Source of the DNA: Candidatus Helarchaeota ASGARD archaeon Hel_GB_B
GTDB lineage: Archaea; Asgardarchaeota; Lokiarchaeia; Helarchaeales; HEL-GB-B
DNA: 15,047 bases
NCBI GenBank assembly: GCA_005191425.1
Contig: SUPR01000084.1
Coordinates: forward strand, 1-15,047
Direction of reading: 5' to 3'
Shown here piece by piece: positions 7,311-15,047 of the stretch. Under the pieces are notes generated by a model. The model saw only the letters and a list, made by a program, of their open reading frames with translations. It had not been told where the DNA came from and made no database searches. Both the position numbers and the translations under genes were made by a program. Within the stretch, counting starts at the first letter, position 1. Each line of letters begins with the position of its first letter.

Positions 7311-9276
7311 AATTTTCCTCCAATTTTATTATTCCAAATTTCTTTTTTAAACTAAAAGGCGTGAATTTCCGTCCTTCTCCTTTATAAAATTTACTGAACC
7401 ATTCATAATAATGCAAACGTAAATCTTGCATCAATACCATTAAAAGTTCAAATAATATAACTAATATATTTCCAGCAACCAAAATTATATAGCCTAATAT
7501 AGCTAACATAGAATTTGCAGTAATTATCATATTACTTATTTCCATAATTAATTTCATAAAAGAAACATGTATAGTTGTCATTGCAAATATTCGGGTAAAT
7601 GATACTAAATTACTTATAATAGAAATTAAAGTTTCTGAAACATCAATTATTGAATCAAAAGCTATTTCATTTAATTTCTCATTCTTGTATTTATTTGGTG
7701 CAATTATTTTTATTACTATTTTCCCAATTCCAATAGTTATAATTGCAGCTATAGGTATGTAGAGTGGACTTTTTAATAGAGAATCAATATGTAATCCATA
7801 AATGAATATAATAAAAACTACTGAAATAAATAAAATAAGTTTTGGAATAGTTTGCACAAAAATATTGATTGTTTCTTTTTTTATAGCATGATTTATTCCT
7901 GAAATAATTAATCCTAAACATATTATTATAAGACCGAGAATAATTGATAATTTAATTGCTTTTATTGGGTCTAAAAATGGGTTAAATAATAGCGGGGTAA
8001 TCTCTTCTCCGAAAAATTCTCCATACAAAAATCCACAAATCAATGAACCAATACCATTAATACTTATTATAATTGCGAGATTTTTATAAGAAGGTTTTAA
8101 TTTTAAAAAGAAATAAGCAAAAATTCCACCAATTATCAATGATAAACCATGCCCTACATCTCCAAACATAAATCCAAAAATAATTGGAAAGGTAATCACC
8201 ATTATAATTGTTGGGTCTATTTCATTATAGCTGGGAAGTCCATAAAGTTCTGTTAATAATTTAAATGAACTAATTATAGGTGGAAATTTTGTCAATGTTG
8301 GTGGTATTTCTTTATCTTCATTAAATTCATCTTCGAAAATTAAGACCTTTTGATCAGTAAAATTATGAATAGTTTGGATGAATTTTTCTTTATTTTTTTT
8401 AGGTATCCATCCTTCTAAATAAGCAAACTCTTGAGTAAATTGAGCAATTGATTTTATTTTTAAAATTTGCTCTATATTACTCAATATTTCTTGAAAACTA
8501 TTTATTTTATAATAGTTATTCAAGAATAATTTAAGAATGGATCCATTTATTTTATTAAATTCATCATTATATGCTTGAATTTTTAGTTCTATTTCCTTTA
8601 TCGTGTTTATTTTTAAGTTGTGTATATCTTTAATGAATATTACATTATAATCCTTTAGAATTTGAATTATATTTTGTGTGATATTTGAATTATATGCAAT
8701 TATAAAAAAAGTCTGATGGGACGAAATCCGTTCACTATAAAAAATTGTGTTATATTTTTTAATTGATTTCTCAATATTAGGAATACATTTAGCAAAACAA
8801 GTCCCAATCGTTGTATCAATCAATTTCAAAGATTTTAAAAATTTTAAATCAATATCAAGTCCATAAAATTTTATAAATATATTTTCTAACAAATGTAGAT
8901 TATCTAATTTTCGTTTTAATCGTAATAATTTATCTCTTTTTTCTTCAAATTTAGCATTGATTTTATTAAATTCTGTTTCAATTTGATTGTAAATATCTAC
9001 AATATTTTTGCCGCTTAAAACATATTTATTTTCCTCATTCATTTGATTTTTTAATTCAAAATTTGTTTTAAAATTCGCAATTTTTTTTTGTAAATCTTGT
9101 AATGAATTAAAAAAGTCCTGTGGTAATTCTTCAAATTTAAAAAATGGCTTTTGTTCAGGTTGATAAATTTGAAAATTTTTTAAATCTCCTAAATGATTTA
9201 GTAAATCGTCCATTCTCTTTTTATGAATAATAATTGACAATTTGGTCATTCTTTCGGGGGTAAATATTTTGATCAC
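7291..9276 (-). CDS. atpI: A/V-type ATP synthase subunit I (a)
   Basis: Soluble N-terminal half, EGWIPK, LYGLPSYNEIDP, FGFMFGDVGHG, several transmembrane helices, essential Arg in SFTRIFA, C-terminal LRLHYYEWFSKFYKGEGRKFTPF. The exact start is uncertain (see findings). Confidence 0.95.
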   Translation of the reverse strand: MIKIFTPERMTKLSIIIHKKRMDDLLNHLGDLKNFQIYQPEQKPFFKFEELPQDFFNSLQDLQKKIANFKTNFELKNQMNEENKYVLSGKNIVDIYNQIETEFNKINAKFEEKRDKLLRLKRKLDNLHLLENIFIKFYGLDIDLKFLKSLKLIDTTIGTCFAKCIPNIEKSIKKYNTIFYSERISSHQTFFIIAYNSNITQNIIQILKDYNVIFIKDIHNLKINTIKEIELKIQAYNDEFNKINGSILKLFLNNYYKINSFQEILSNIEQILKIKSIAQFTQEFAYLEGWIPKKNKEKFIQTIHNFTDQKVLIFEDEFNEDKEIPPTLTKFPPIISSFKLLTELYGLPSYNEIDPTIIMVITFPIIFGFMFGDVGHGLSLIIGGIFAYFFLKLKPSYKNLAIIISINGIGSLICGFLYGEFFGEEITPLLFNPFLDPIKAIKLSIILGLIIICLGLIISGINHAIKKETINIFVQTIPKLILFISVVFIIFIYGLHIDSLLKSPLYIPIAAIITIGIGKIVIKIIAPNKYKNEKLNEIAFDSIIDVSETLISIISNLVSFTRIFAMTTIHVSFMKLIMEISNMIITANSMLAILGYIILVAGNILVILFELLMVLMQDLRLHYYEWFSKFYKGEGRKFTPFSLKKKFGIIKLEENYDPFKK

Positions 9277-9284
9277 CTCTTTAT

Positions 9285-9307
9285 AAAATAAAAAAATAAA
9301 AAAAGGA
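9285..9307 (-). terminator. Putative internal oligo-U terminator between atpK and atpI
   Basis: Minus strand reads TCC-T7-A-T7-A-T4 starting 2 nt after the atpK stop; the first 12 nt are identical to the tract after the fdhB-like gene. Confidence 0.45.
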
Positions 9308-9309
9308 TT

Positions 9310-9630
9310 TTACAGGCCAAAATATACAAGGAATCCAAGTACTAACCCATAGATAGCTACAGCTTCAGCGAAAACAATAAATAGAAATGATTTACCAAAT
9401 GTTTCAGGTTTTTCAGTTAATGCACTTACTGCTGCCACACCAATTTTGGCAATACTATAGCCACCACTAAATCCAAAAACACATGATGCTATTGTTAGTC
9501 CAAAACCTACTAATGAACTTTCAGAAGAATATGCTGCATTTACCATTGGTATTAAACTTAGTCCAGCTAACGACATTATAACAAAGGCCAATATGCTTAA
9601 CAATATAAAATTTCTTGGAGTTTTTTCCAT
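9310..9630 (-). CDS. atpK: A/V-type ATP synthase subunit K (c, proteolipid), single hairpin with N-terminal leader
   Basis: ALTEKPETFGKSFLFIVFAEAVAIYGL contains the ion-binding Glu and the loop typical of c subunits. GAGGTG site 5 nt upstream of the ATG. Confidence 0.95.
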   Translation of the reverse strand: MEKTPRNFILLSILAFVIMSLAGLSLIPMVNAAYSSESSLVGFGLTIASCVFGFSGGYSIAKIGVAAVSALTEKPETFGKSFLFIVFAEAVAIYGLVLGFLVYFGL

Positions 9631-9678
9631 ATTTACACCTCTAATTTTTTCATTTATATTATATTATTTTTAAATTTT

Positions 9679-10131
9679 TTAATTATGTTGTAATACAAAT
9701 ACAGGACATTTAGCAAATTCAATTATTTGATTAGCAACACTTGCCAATCTAATTGATTCGGAACCAGATCTTATTCTGTGAGATATACATATAAGGTCTA
9801 TTTGAAATTCTATTATGAATTTTAAGATTTCGTCAACAATTTTACCATTTCTTATAAATGTTTTAATAGATTTATTATAAGATTCTGCGATTTTTTTAAT
9901 TTTGAGAATTGCTCGTTCTCCTTCTTCTGTATATACCTTTTGAAGATCTTTGATTGGTTTTTCTTGTGAAATATGTAATTTATCAATTCTATCTTCTCTA
10001 ATTACATATAAGCAATAAAGTTCCGAGTTATTTTGAACTCCAATCTGAATTCCATAATCTGCTACATTAAATGAATTTTTACTTCCATCAGTTAAGATTA
10101 GAATTCTTTTAAAAATTTGAATTTTATTCAC
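9679..10131 (-). CDS. Universal stress protein (UspA family)
   Basis: FKRILILTDGSKNS, LYVI, GKIVDEILK...IDLICI and SVANQIIEFAKCPVFVL follow the USP pattern from end to end. The GTG start overlaps the end of atpD by 8 nt. Confidence 0.9.
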   Translation of the reverse strand: MNKIQIFKRILILTDGSKNSFNVADYGIQIGVQNNSELYCLYVIREDRIDKLHISQEKPIKDLQKVYTEEGERAILKIKKIAESYNKSIKTFIRNGKIVDEILKFIIEFQIDLICISHRIRSGSESIRLASVANQIIEFAKCPVFVLQHN

Positions 10132-10765
10132 GCCCCAATTTATTTTTTAAAATTTTATGGATTGCCATTTCATATCGTTCTTTTTCTTCAAGAACGAATT
10201 GAATATAATTTATTGTTTCTCGATAATTTGGAATGAAAAGATTTTCAAGAGCACTAATTTTTTTTCGAGTTTTTCTCATTTCTCTTGCAATTCTAAATAA
10301 TACATTGTTACTAATTGCAAAAACTAATAAATATTTTAAGGTATTTATTAATGCATTTCGCGTTTTTTCTAATAGGGGTGAAGTATCAACCAATCCATAA
10401 TCTAGACTTAATTTAAGGTTTGAATCTTCAGGAAATATAATATCAATTAAAGTTATACCAAATTTACTATATTTTTTGAGGTCATAATTAATTTCTGATT
10501 TGCAAAATGGTGCAATTAACTCTATATTTTGTTTTCCATTTGTAATGAATGTTTTTTTAAGAAGTTCGTAAGATTCGTTTAATGCACTTTCAAGATTTTC
10601 ATATTCTCGTTGATAATGTAAAAGTAGACTATCAATTATTTTTTTAAGTCCTTCATATTTATCTTCTAAAACATCATGACTGGTAATTAAAATTTTTAGT
10701 CTGTTTTTAAATTTAATTTGGTTCTGTTTATTGACAGCTACTTTAATAATTGTCATTCTAATCAC
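10124..10765 (-). CDS. atpD: A/V-type ATP synthase subunit D (central rotor), divergent; probable true start ATG 10756
   Basis: Position directly after atpB, about 210 aa. C-terminal RKTRKKISALENLFIP...YIQFVLEEKERYE matches KTxRRVNALExxxIP...LEExER. The GTG at 10765 lies inside the GGAGTG ribosome-binding site. Confidence 0.88.
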   Translation of the reverse strand: MIRMTIIKVAVNKQNQIKFKNRLKILITSHDVLEDKYEGLKKIIDSLLLHYQREYENLESALNESYELLKKTFITNGKQNIELIAPFCKSEINYDLKKYSKFGITLIDIIFPEDSNLKLSLDYGLVDTSPLLEKTRNALINTLKYLLVFAISNNVLFRIAREMRKTRKKISALENLFIPNYRETINYIQFVLEEKERYEMAIHKILKNKLGRE

Positions 10766-10767
10766 TC

Positions 10768-12144
10768 CTAAAGAAACATATAGTATTTATCAATAATTTT
10801 CTCATTAATTCTATTGAGTTCCGATTTTGGAAGTGTAGATAGAATTTCCCATGCTAGATCAAGAGTTTTTTCAATTGGTCGATCTTCTTTCCAATCTTGT
10901 TTAATAAATCGGTTAATGAATTTGTTTCCAAATTCAAGATATGTTTGATCCAATTTTGATAATTCTTGTTGACCAATTATCAACGCTAATTCTTCAATAC
11001 TTTTTGATTTAGAATAAGAAGCATATAGTTGACTCGAAAGATCTGGATGGTCTTCTCTTGTTTTTCCTTCACCAATCCCATCCTTCATTAATCGTGAAAG
11101 AGAATCAAGAACTTTAATTGGTGGATATATTCCCTTATTATGAAGTTCTCGATCAAGAACTATTTGACCTTCTGTAATATAGCCAGTTAAGTCAGGAATT
11201 GGGTGTGTAATATCATCATTTGGCATACTTAATATTGGAATTTGGGTAATAGAGCCCTTAACTCCTTTAATTCTACCTGCTCTCTCATAAATAGATGCGA
11301 AATCTGTGTAAAGATAGCCTGGATATCCTTTCCTACTTGGTATTTCACCTTTTGATGAAGACACTTCTCTTAATGCTTCTGCATAAGAGCTCATGTCGCT
11401 TAATAAAACTAATACATGCATACCCTCTTTAAAAGCTAAGTATTCAGCTAATGTTAATGCTATTCGAGGTGTTAATAATCGTTCCATTGGTGGGTCATTA
11501 GCTAAATTTAAAAACATTACTACTCGTTGATAAACACCTGATTCTTCAAATACTTTCTTAAAAAAATAAACTTCATCTTGGCTAACCCCCATCGCCCCAA
11601 AAATTATTACCATTTCTTCACTATCTCTGATTGTTGCTTGATTAATTATTTGTCCGACTATTTTATTATGGGGTAGCCCAAAACCCGAAAAAATTGGTAA
11701 TTTTTGTCCCCTAACTATGCTAAATAAACAATCAATTGCAGAAATTCCAGTTTGAATAAAGTCCTTCGGATATTCTCTTTTAACTGGGTTAATAGGACTA
11801 CCATTAATATCAAAATATTCTTCTACAATTGGTGGAGGGATATTGTCCCTTGGCTTGCCACTTCCACTGAAAATACGCCCTAACATTTCAGTTGAAACGC
11901 CTAATTTATATGAGCTTCCTAAAAATTTTACATTAGTACCTTTTAATGACAATCTTGAAGTATTTTCAAATACCTCTACTATCGTATAATCTTTATTTAC
12001 TTCTAATACTTTCCCATTTTTTGTAGTTCCATCAGGTGTTTCTATAACTACTAATTCATCATAACCTACATGTTCTGTATGGGACAAAAATAATAATGGC
12101 CCAATAATTTTTTCGATTCCATGGACTACAATTGATTCTTTCAA
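10768..12144 (-). CDS. atpB: A/V-type ATP synthase subunit B
   Basis: [60 protein letters not shown] start with AGGAG upstream. Confidence 0.97.
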   Translation of the reverse strand: MKESIVVHGIEKIIGPLLFLSHTEHVGYDELVVIETPDGTTKNGKVLEVNKDYTIVEVFENTSRLSLKGTNVKFLGSSYKLGVSTEMLGRIFSGSGKPRDNIPPPIVEEYFDINGSPINPVKREYPKDFIQTGISAIDCLFSIVRGQKLPIFSGFGLPHNKIVGQIINQATIRDSEEMVIIFGAMGVSQDEVYFFKKVFEESGVYQRVVMFLNLANDPPMERLLTPRIALTLAEYLAFKEGMHVLVLLSDMSSYAEALREVSSSKGEIPSRKGYPGYLYTDFASIYERAGRIKGVKGSITQIPILSMPNDDITHPIPDLTGYITEGQIVLDRELHNKGIYPPIKVLDSLSRLMKDGIGEGKTREDHPDLSSQLYASYSKSKSIEELALIIGQQELSKLDQTYLEFGNKFINRFIKQDWKEDRPIEKTLDLAWEILSTLPKSELNRINEKIIDKYYMFL

Positions 12145-12165
12145 AAATATTAGACTCCTATTTAA

Positions 12166-13914
12166 TTATAATAAATTTTTAAACTCTTCTTCCATTTTAT
12201 CAGAAATTTTCTTTATATCTTTATATTTTTCATTTGGAATGTATTTCATTCTCTTAATTTCTTCAATAATTGGTAAATCAATAATTTCGTCCAATGTAAT
12301 ATGAAATTTGGTCATTAAATTGGTCGCTTTATCATAAAAATCAATAATTGTTTTTAACATCATAAATTGTTTCTCTAAAATTGTATATCGTTCAATAGGG
12401 TCCAATGCATTCTGTCTTAGAAAGCCTTCTTTTATTATATTTGATATGAATACAATAAGTCTTTCTTGTTCTGGAAGACCTTCTTCACCAATAATTTTGA
12501 TCAATTGTTGCAAATTATTGTCTTTTATTAATAATTCTAATGCTTTTTGTCTATATTCTGCATGGTCTTCACTAATATTTGTGCTAAACCAATCAACAAG
12601 AAAATCATAATCTTTTGAGAAACTATTTATCCAATTTATTGCAGGATAATGCCTAGAATATGCGAGATCTCGGTCTAATTCCCATAATGTCTTTACTAAC
12701 TTAATTGTATATTGAGTTACTGGTTCAGAGAAATCACTTCCTGGTGGTGAGACTGCGCCCATGATGGTTACTGACCCATTAAAGCCACCTAAAGTTTCTA
12801 CTTTTCCTGATCGTTCATAAAAGTCTGCCAATCTCGAAGCTAGATATGGTGGATAACCTTCTTCAGCAGGTATTTCTTCTAATCTCCCTGAAATCTCCCT
12901 TAAAGCTTCAGCCCAACGCGATGTAGAGTCTGCGATTAAAGCAACATCAAATCCTTGGTCTCTATAATATTCTGCAATTGTTATTCCAGTATATATCGAT
13001 GCTTCTCTTGCTGAGACTGGCATATTTGATGTGTTAGCAATTATAATAGTCCTATTCATTAATATTTTACCTGTTCTTGGGTCTTCCAACTTTGGAAATT
13101 CGCTCAATATATCACTCATTTCATTACCCCGCTCCCCACAACCAATATACACTATTATTGTTGCGTCTGACCATTTGGCGATTGTCTGTAGGGTCATTGT
13201 TTTACCTGTTCCAAAACCTCCAGGAATACAAGCTTTACCACCTTTACTTATTGGAAAGAATGTATCTATTACTCTCTGTCCAGTTATTAATGGTGTATCA
13301 ACCGGTAATTTATTAAGATATGGTCTTGGAATTCTAACTGGCCACGTTTGATATCCTTTAATTGGAATTTCTTTACCATTGCTTTCAATTAAAGCAAAGT
13401 TATCATCAATTAAGAAATCTCCTTCTCCAATACTTTTTATTCTTCCATTTACTTTATATGGGGTCATTAATTTATGTACTATTACTTCTGATTCTTTAAT
13501 TTCTCCAAGTATATCTCCTGGCTTAACTTTATCATTTACCTTTACTTTTGGAACGAAGTGCCACTTTTTATGCCTGTCTAATGCGGGTAATTTTACACCT
13601 CTTGGAATAAATCCTCCAAATTTCTTACCAATTTCGGTTAACGGTCTTTGAATACCATCAAAAATTGACCCTATTAGTCCAGGCCCTAATTCAACTGATA
13701 AAGGGATTTCTTTTGTCATAACTGGCTCATGTAAATGCAGACCGCTTGTCTCTTCATAAACTTGAATATAACAAATATCTGATTCTAACCTGATAATTTC
13801 TCCAATTAATTTAAGGTCACCTACTTCTACAATATCATTCATTTTCGCACTTGTTAATCCATTAGCTTTAACAAGAGACCCTGATACTGAAATAATTTCT
13901 CCAAATGATGACAT
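12166..13914 (-). CDS. atpA: A/V-type ATP synthase catalytic subunit A (no intein)
   Basis: Walker A GGFGTGKT, GCGERGNEM, NTSNMPVSAREAS, DSTSRWAEALRE, PAEEGYPPYL; 582 aa. Confidence 0.97.
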   Translation of the reverse strand: MSSFGEIISVSGSLVKANGLTSAKMNDIVEVGDLKLIGEIIRLESDICYIQVYEETSGLHLHEPVMTKEIPLSVELGPGLIGSIFDGIQRPLTEIGKKFGGFIPRGVKLPALDRHKKWHFVPKVKVNDKVKPGDILGEIKESEVIVHKLMTPYKVNGRIKSIGEGDFLIDDNFALIESNGKEIPIKGYQTWPVRIPRPYLNKLPVDTPLITGQRVIDTFFPISKGGKACIPGGFGTGKTMTLQTIAKWSDATIIVYIGCGERGNEMSDILSEFPKLEDPRTGKILMNRTIIIANTSNMPVSAREASIYTGITIAEYYRDQGFDVALIADSTSRWAEALREISGRLEEIPAEEGYPPYLASRLADFYERSGKVETLGGFNGSVTIMGAVSPPGSDFSEPVTQYTIKLVKTLWELDRDLAYSRHYPAINWINSFSKDYDFLVDWFSTNISEDHAEYRQKALELLIKDNNLQQLIKIIGEEGLPEQERLIVFISNIIKEGFLRQNALDPIERYTILEKQFMMLKTIIDFYDKATNLMTKFHITLDEIIDLPIIEEIKRMKYIPNEKYKDIKKISDKMEEEFKNLL

Positions 13915-13918
13915 TTTC

Positions 13919-14551
13919 TCACGCGCCTTCTAAATATTTATTGATTATATTTCTCAGAATATCTCTCTTTTTATCGATAATTTCTTTTAATGTATGTGTA
14001 ATTTGATAATTTTTATCCGGAACTATTATAATAAAGCCTCCAATATCTTCACTTGAAAGCTTATCATTAGAAATAGTTATTTGAACATTCTTATTATTCA
14101 ATTTTGATATTATTTCGTTAATATTAATTAGAGAAGTATCATTATCGGTCAAAATTAATTGAATTTTAGGTTCATTTATATAATCTATTACTTTTATTAA
14201 TGATGAAATTAAAAAACTTTTATACCGTTCTGTTTTTATTACTTCTTGTAATTTATTTTCTAAAATATTAAAAATATTTTGAATTATTTTCTCCTTTTCT
14301 CTGATTAATTCTCTATAAGTTGACATTTGGACATTTATAATTCTATTTTCCCCTAATTTCTGAATTCGTTCCTTATTTTTTTTGTACAATTCTTGAATTT
14401 CCTTCAGAATCTCATTTTTTGAATTTTTTAAAATTAATTTTGATTTCTCTTTCGCTTCATTAATTATTTTCTCTGCTTGATTTTTTGCACTTTCGAGAAT
14501 TTCTTCTGAAAGATTCTCGATCTCATCATGAAGTCTTTTATTTTTTTGCAT
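13919..14551 (-). CDS. atpE: A/V-type ATP synthase subunit E
   Basis: N-terminal coiled coil (EEILESAKNQAEKIINEAKEK), C-terminal IGGFIII..D motif, 210 aa, operon context. Ends in TGA. Confidence 0.88.
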   Translation of the reverse strand: MQKNKRLHDEIENLSEEILESAKNQAEKIINEAKEKSKLILKNSKNEILKEIQELYKKNKERIQKLGENRIINVQMSTYRELIREKEKIIQNIFNILENKLQEVIKTERYKSFLISSLIKVIDYINEPKIQLILTDNDTSLININEIISKLNNKNVQITISNDKLSSEDIGGFIIIVPDKNYQITHTLKEIIDKKRDILRNIINKYLEGA

Positions 14552-14560
14552 TTGAATACA

Positions 14561-14854
14561 TTATCCAAAAATTTGTCTATATATTTTATTGGGATCAAAT
14601 TTTGGAAATTCTTCATTTAACCCAGGTATTTTTACAATTATTACATTTAAATTTTTTATTCTTATATCATCTAAAAAATCTTCTAATTGATCATAAATAA
14701 AATTCTCAATTATTAATAAAACAAAATCCTCACTTTTAATCAGTTTTTGTATCAAATCTATTGTTTCATCTTTTCCTTCAAATACCGTCCCTTTAATTCC
14801 TATTAATTCAAAACCAATAATTATATCTTTACTTCCAATTAAATGAATTTTCAT
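14561..14854 (-). CDS. atpF: A/V-type ATP synthase subunit F
   Basis: MKIHLIGSKDIIIGFELIGI matches MKIxVIGDxDTxxGFxLxG; 97 aa; C-terminal IVKIP. Confidence 0.92.
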   Translation of the reverse strand: MKIHLIGSKDIIIGFELIGIKGTVFEGKDETIDLIQKLIKSEDFVLLIIENFIYDQLEDFLDDIRIKNLNVIIVKIPGLNEEFPKFDPNKIYRQIFG

Positions 14855-15047
14855 AAAATCCTACGACACTTAAATTAAATTTTGGACTTTTTTTAATTTT
14901 AAATGGAATCTTCTAACTCATAATATTACTTATTTAGCATATTTTTTTATCTAAATAATTTAATTTATCCGTTTTCAATTTAAATTAATAAAAAATAAAT
15001 TTATGAATGATTATTTCTTATCATCTAGTATTAATTTGCTCTTATTG

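Noticed and set aside
9631-9678. Possible internal TATA box (TTTAAAAA) upstream of atpK
   Set aside because: The gap is almost all A/T, so TATA-like words are expected by chance; transcription-start data are needed.
6234-13921. Genome-wide reassignment of UGA to Trp, Gly or Cys
   Set aside because: atpC (6234-6236) and atpE (13919-13921) end in TGA right at the next gene's start, Trp is encoded by TGG, and no other gene here has an internal TGA.
7153-14700. Plus-strand ORFs 7153-7350, 13031-13351, 13077-13316, 13379-13651 and 14485-14700
   Set aside because: All antisense to well-supported ATPase genes, with no independent evidence.
14855-15047. Promoter of the ATPase operon
   Set aside because: Probably lies here, but several AT-rich candidates exist and none can be singled out.

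Overview
AT-rich archaeal window, most consistent with an Asgard (Lokiarchaeia-like) genome; the taxon is inferred from gene content and SECIS type. It has three blocks. (1) Plus strand: hdrA - mvhD - fdhB-like gene, a redox cluster the ORF track fragments or misses. hdrA (121-2127) and mvhD (2245-2667) each contain two in-frame TGA codons at conserved Cys positions, giving four predicted selenocysteines. Each gene is followed by a eukaryote-like AUGA/GA SECIS element. Both elements share an extra, covarying side hairpin with a YGCAA loop, making a three-way (k-junction-like) structure; this is the most notable signal in the window. (2) Minus strand: a class II lysyl-tRNA synthetase. (3) Minus strand: a complete nine-subunit A/V-type ATP synthase cluster in the non-canonical order F-E-A-B-D-usp-K-I-C-H. 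It has an embedded universal stress protein gene, a terminator-like tract after the c-subunit gene and a possible AUA start for subunit I. All structures and family assignments were made by eye; no folding or database search was run.
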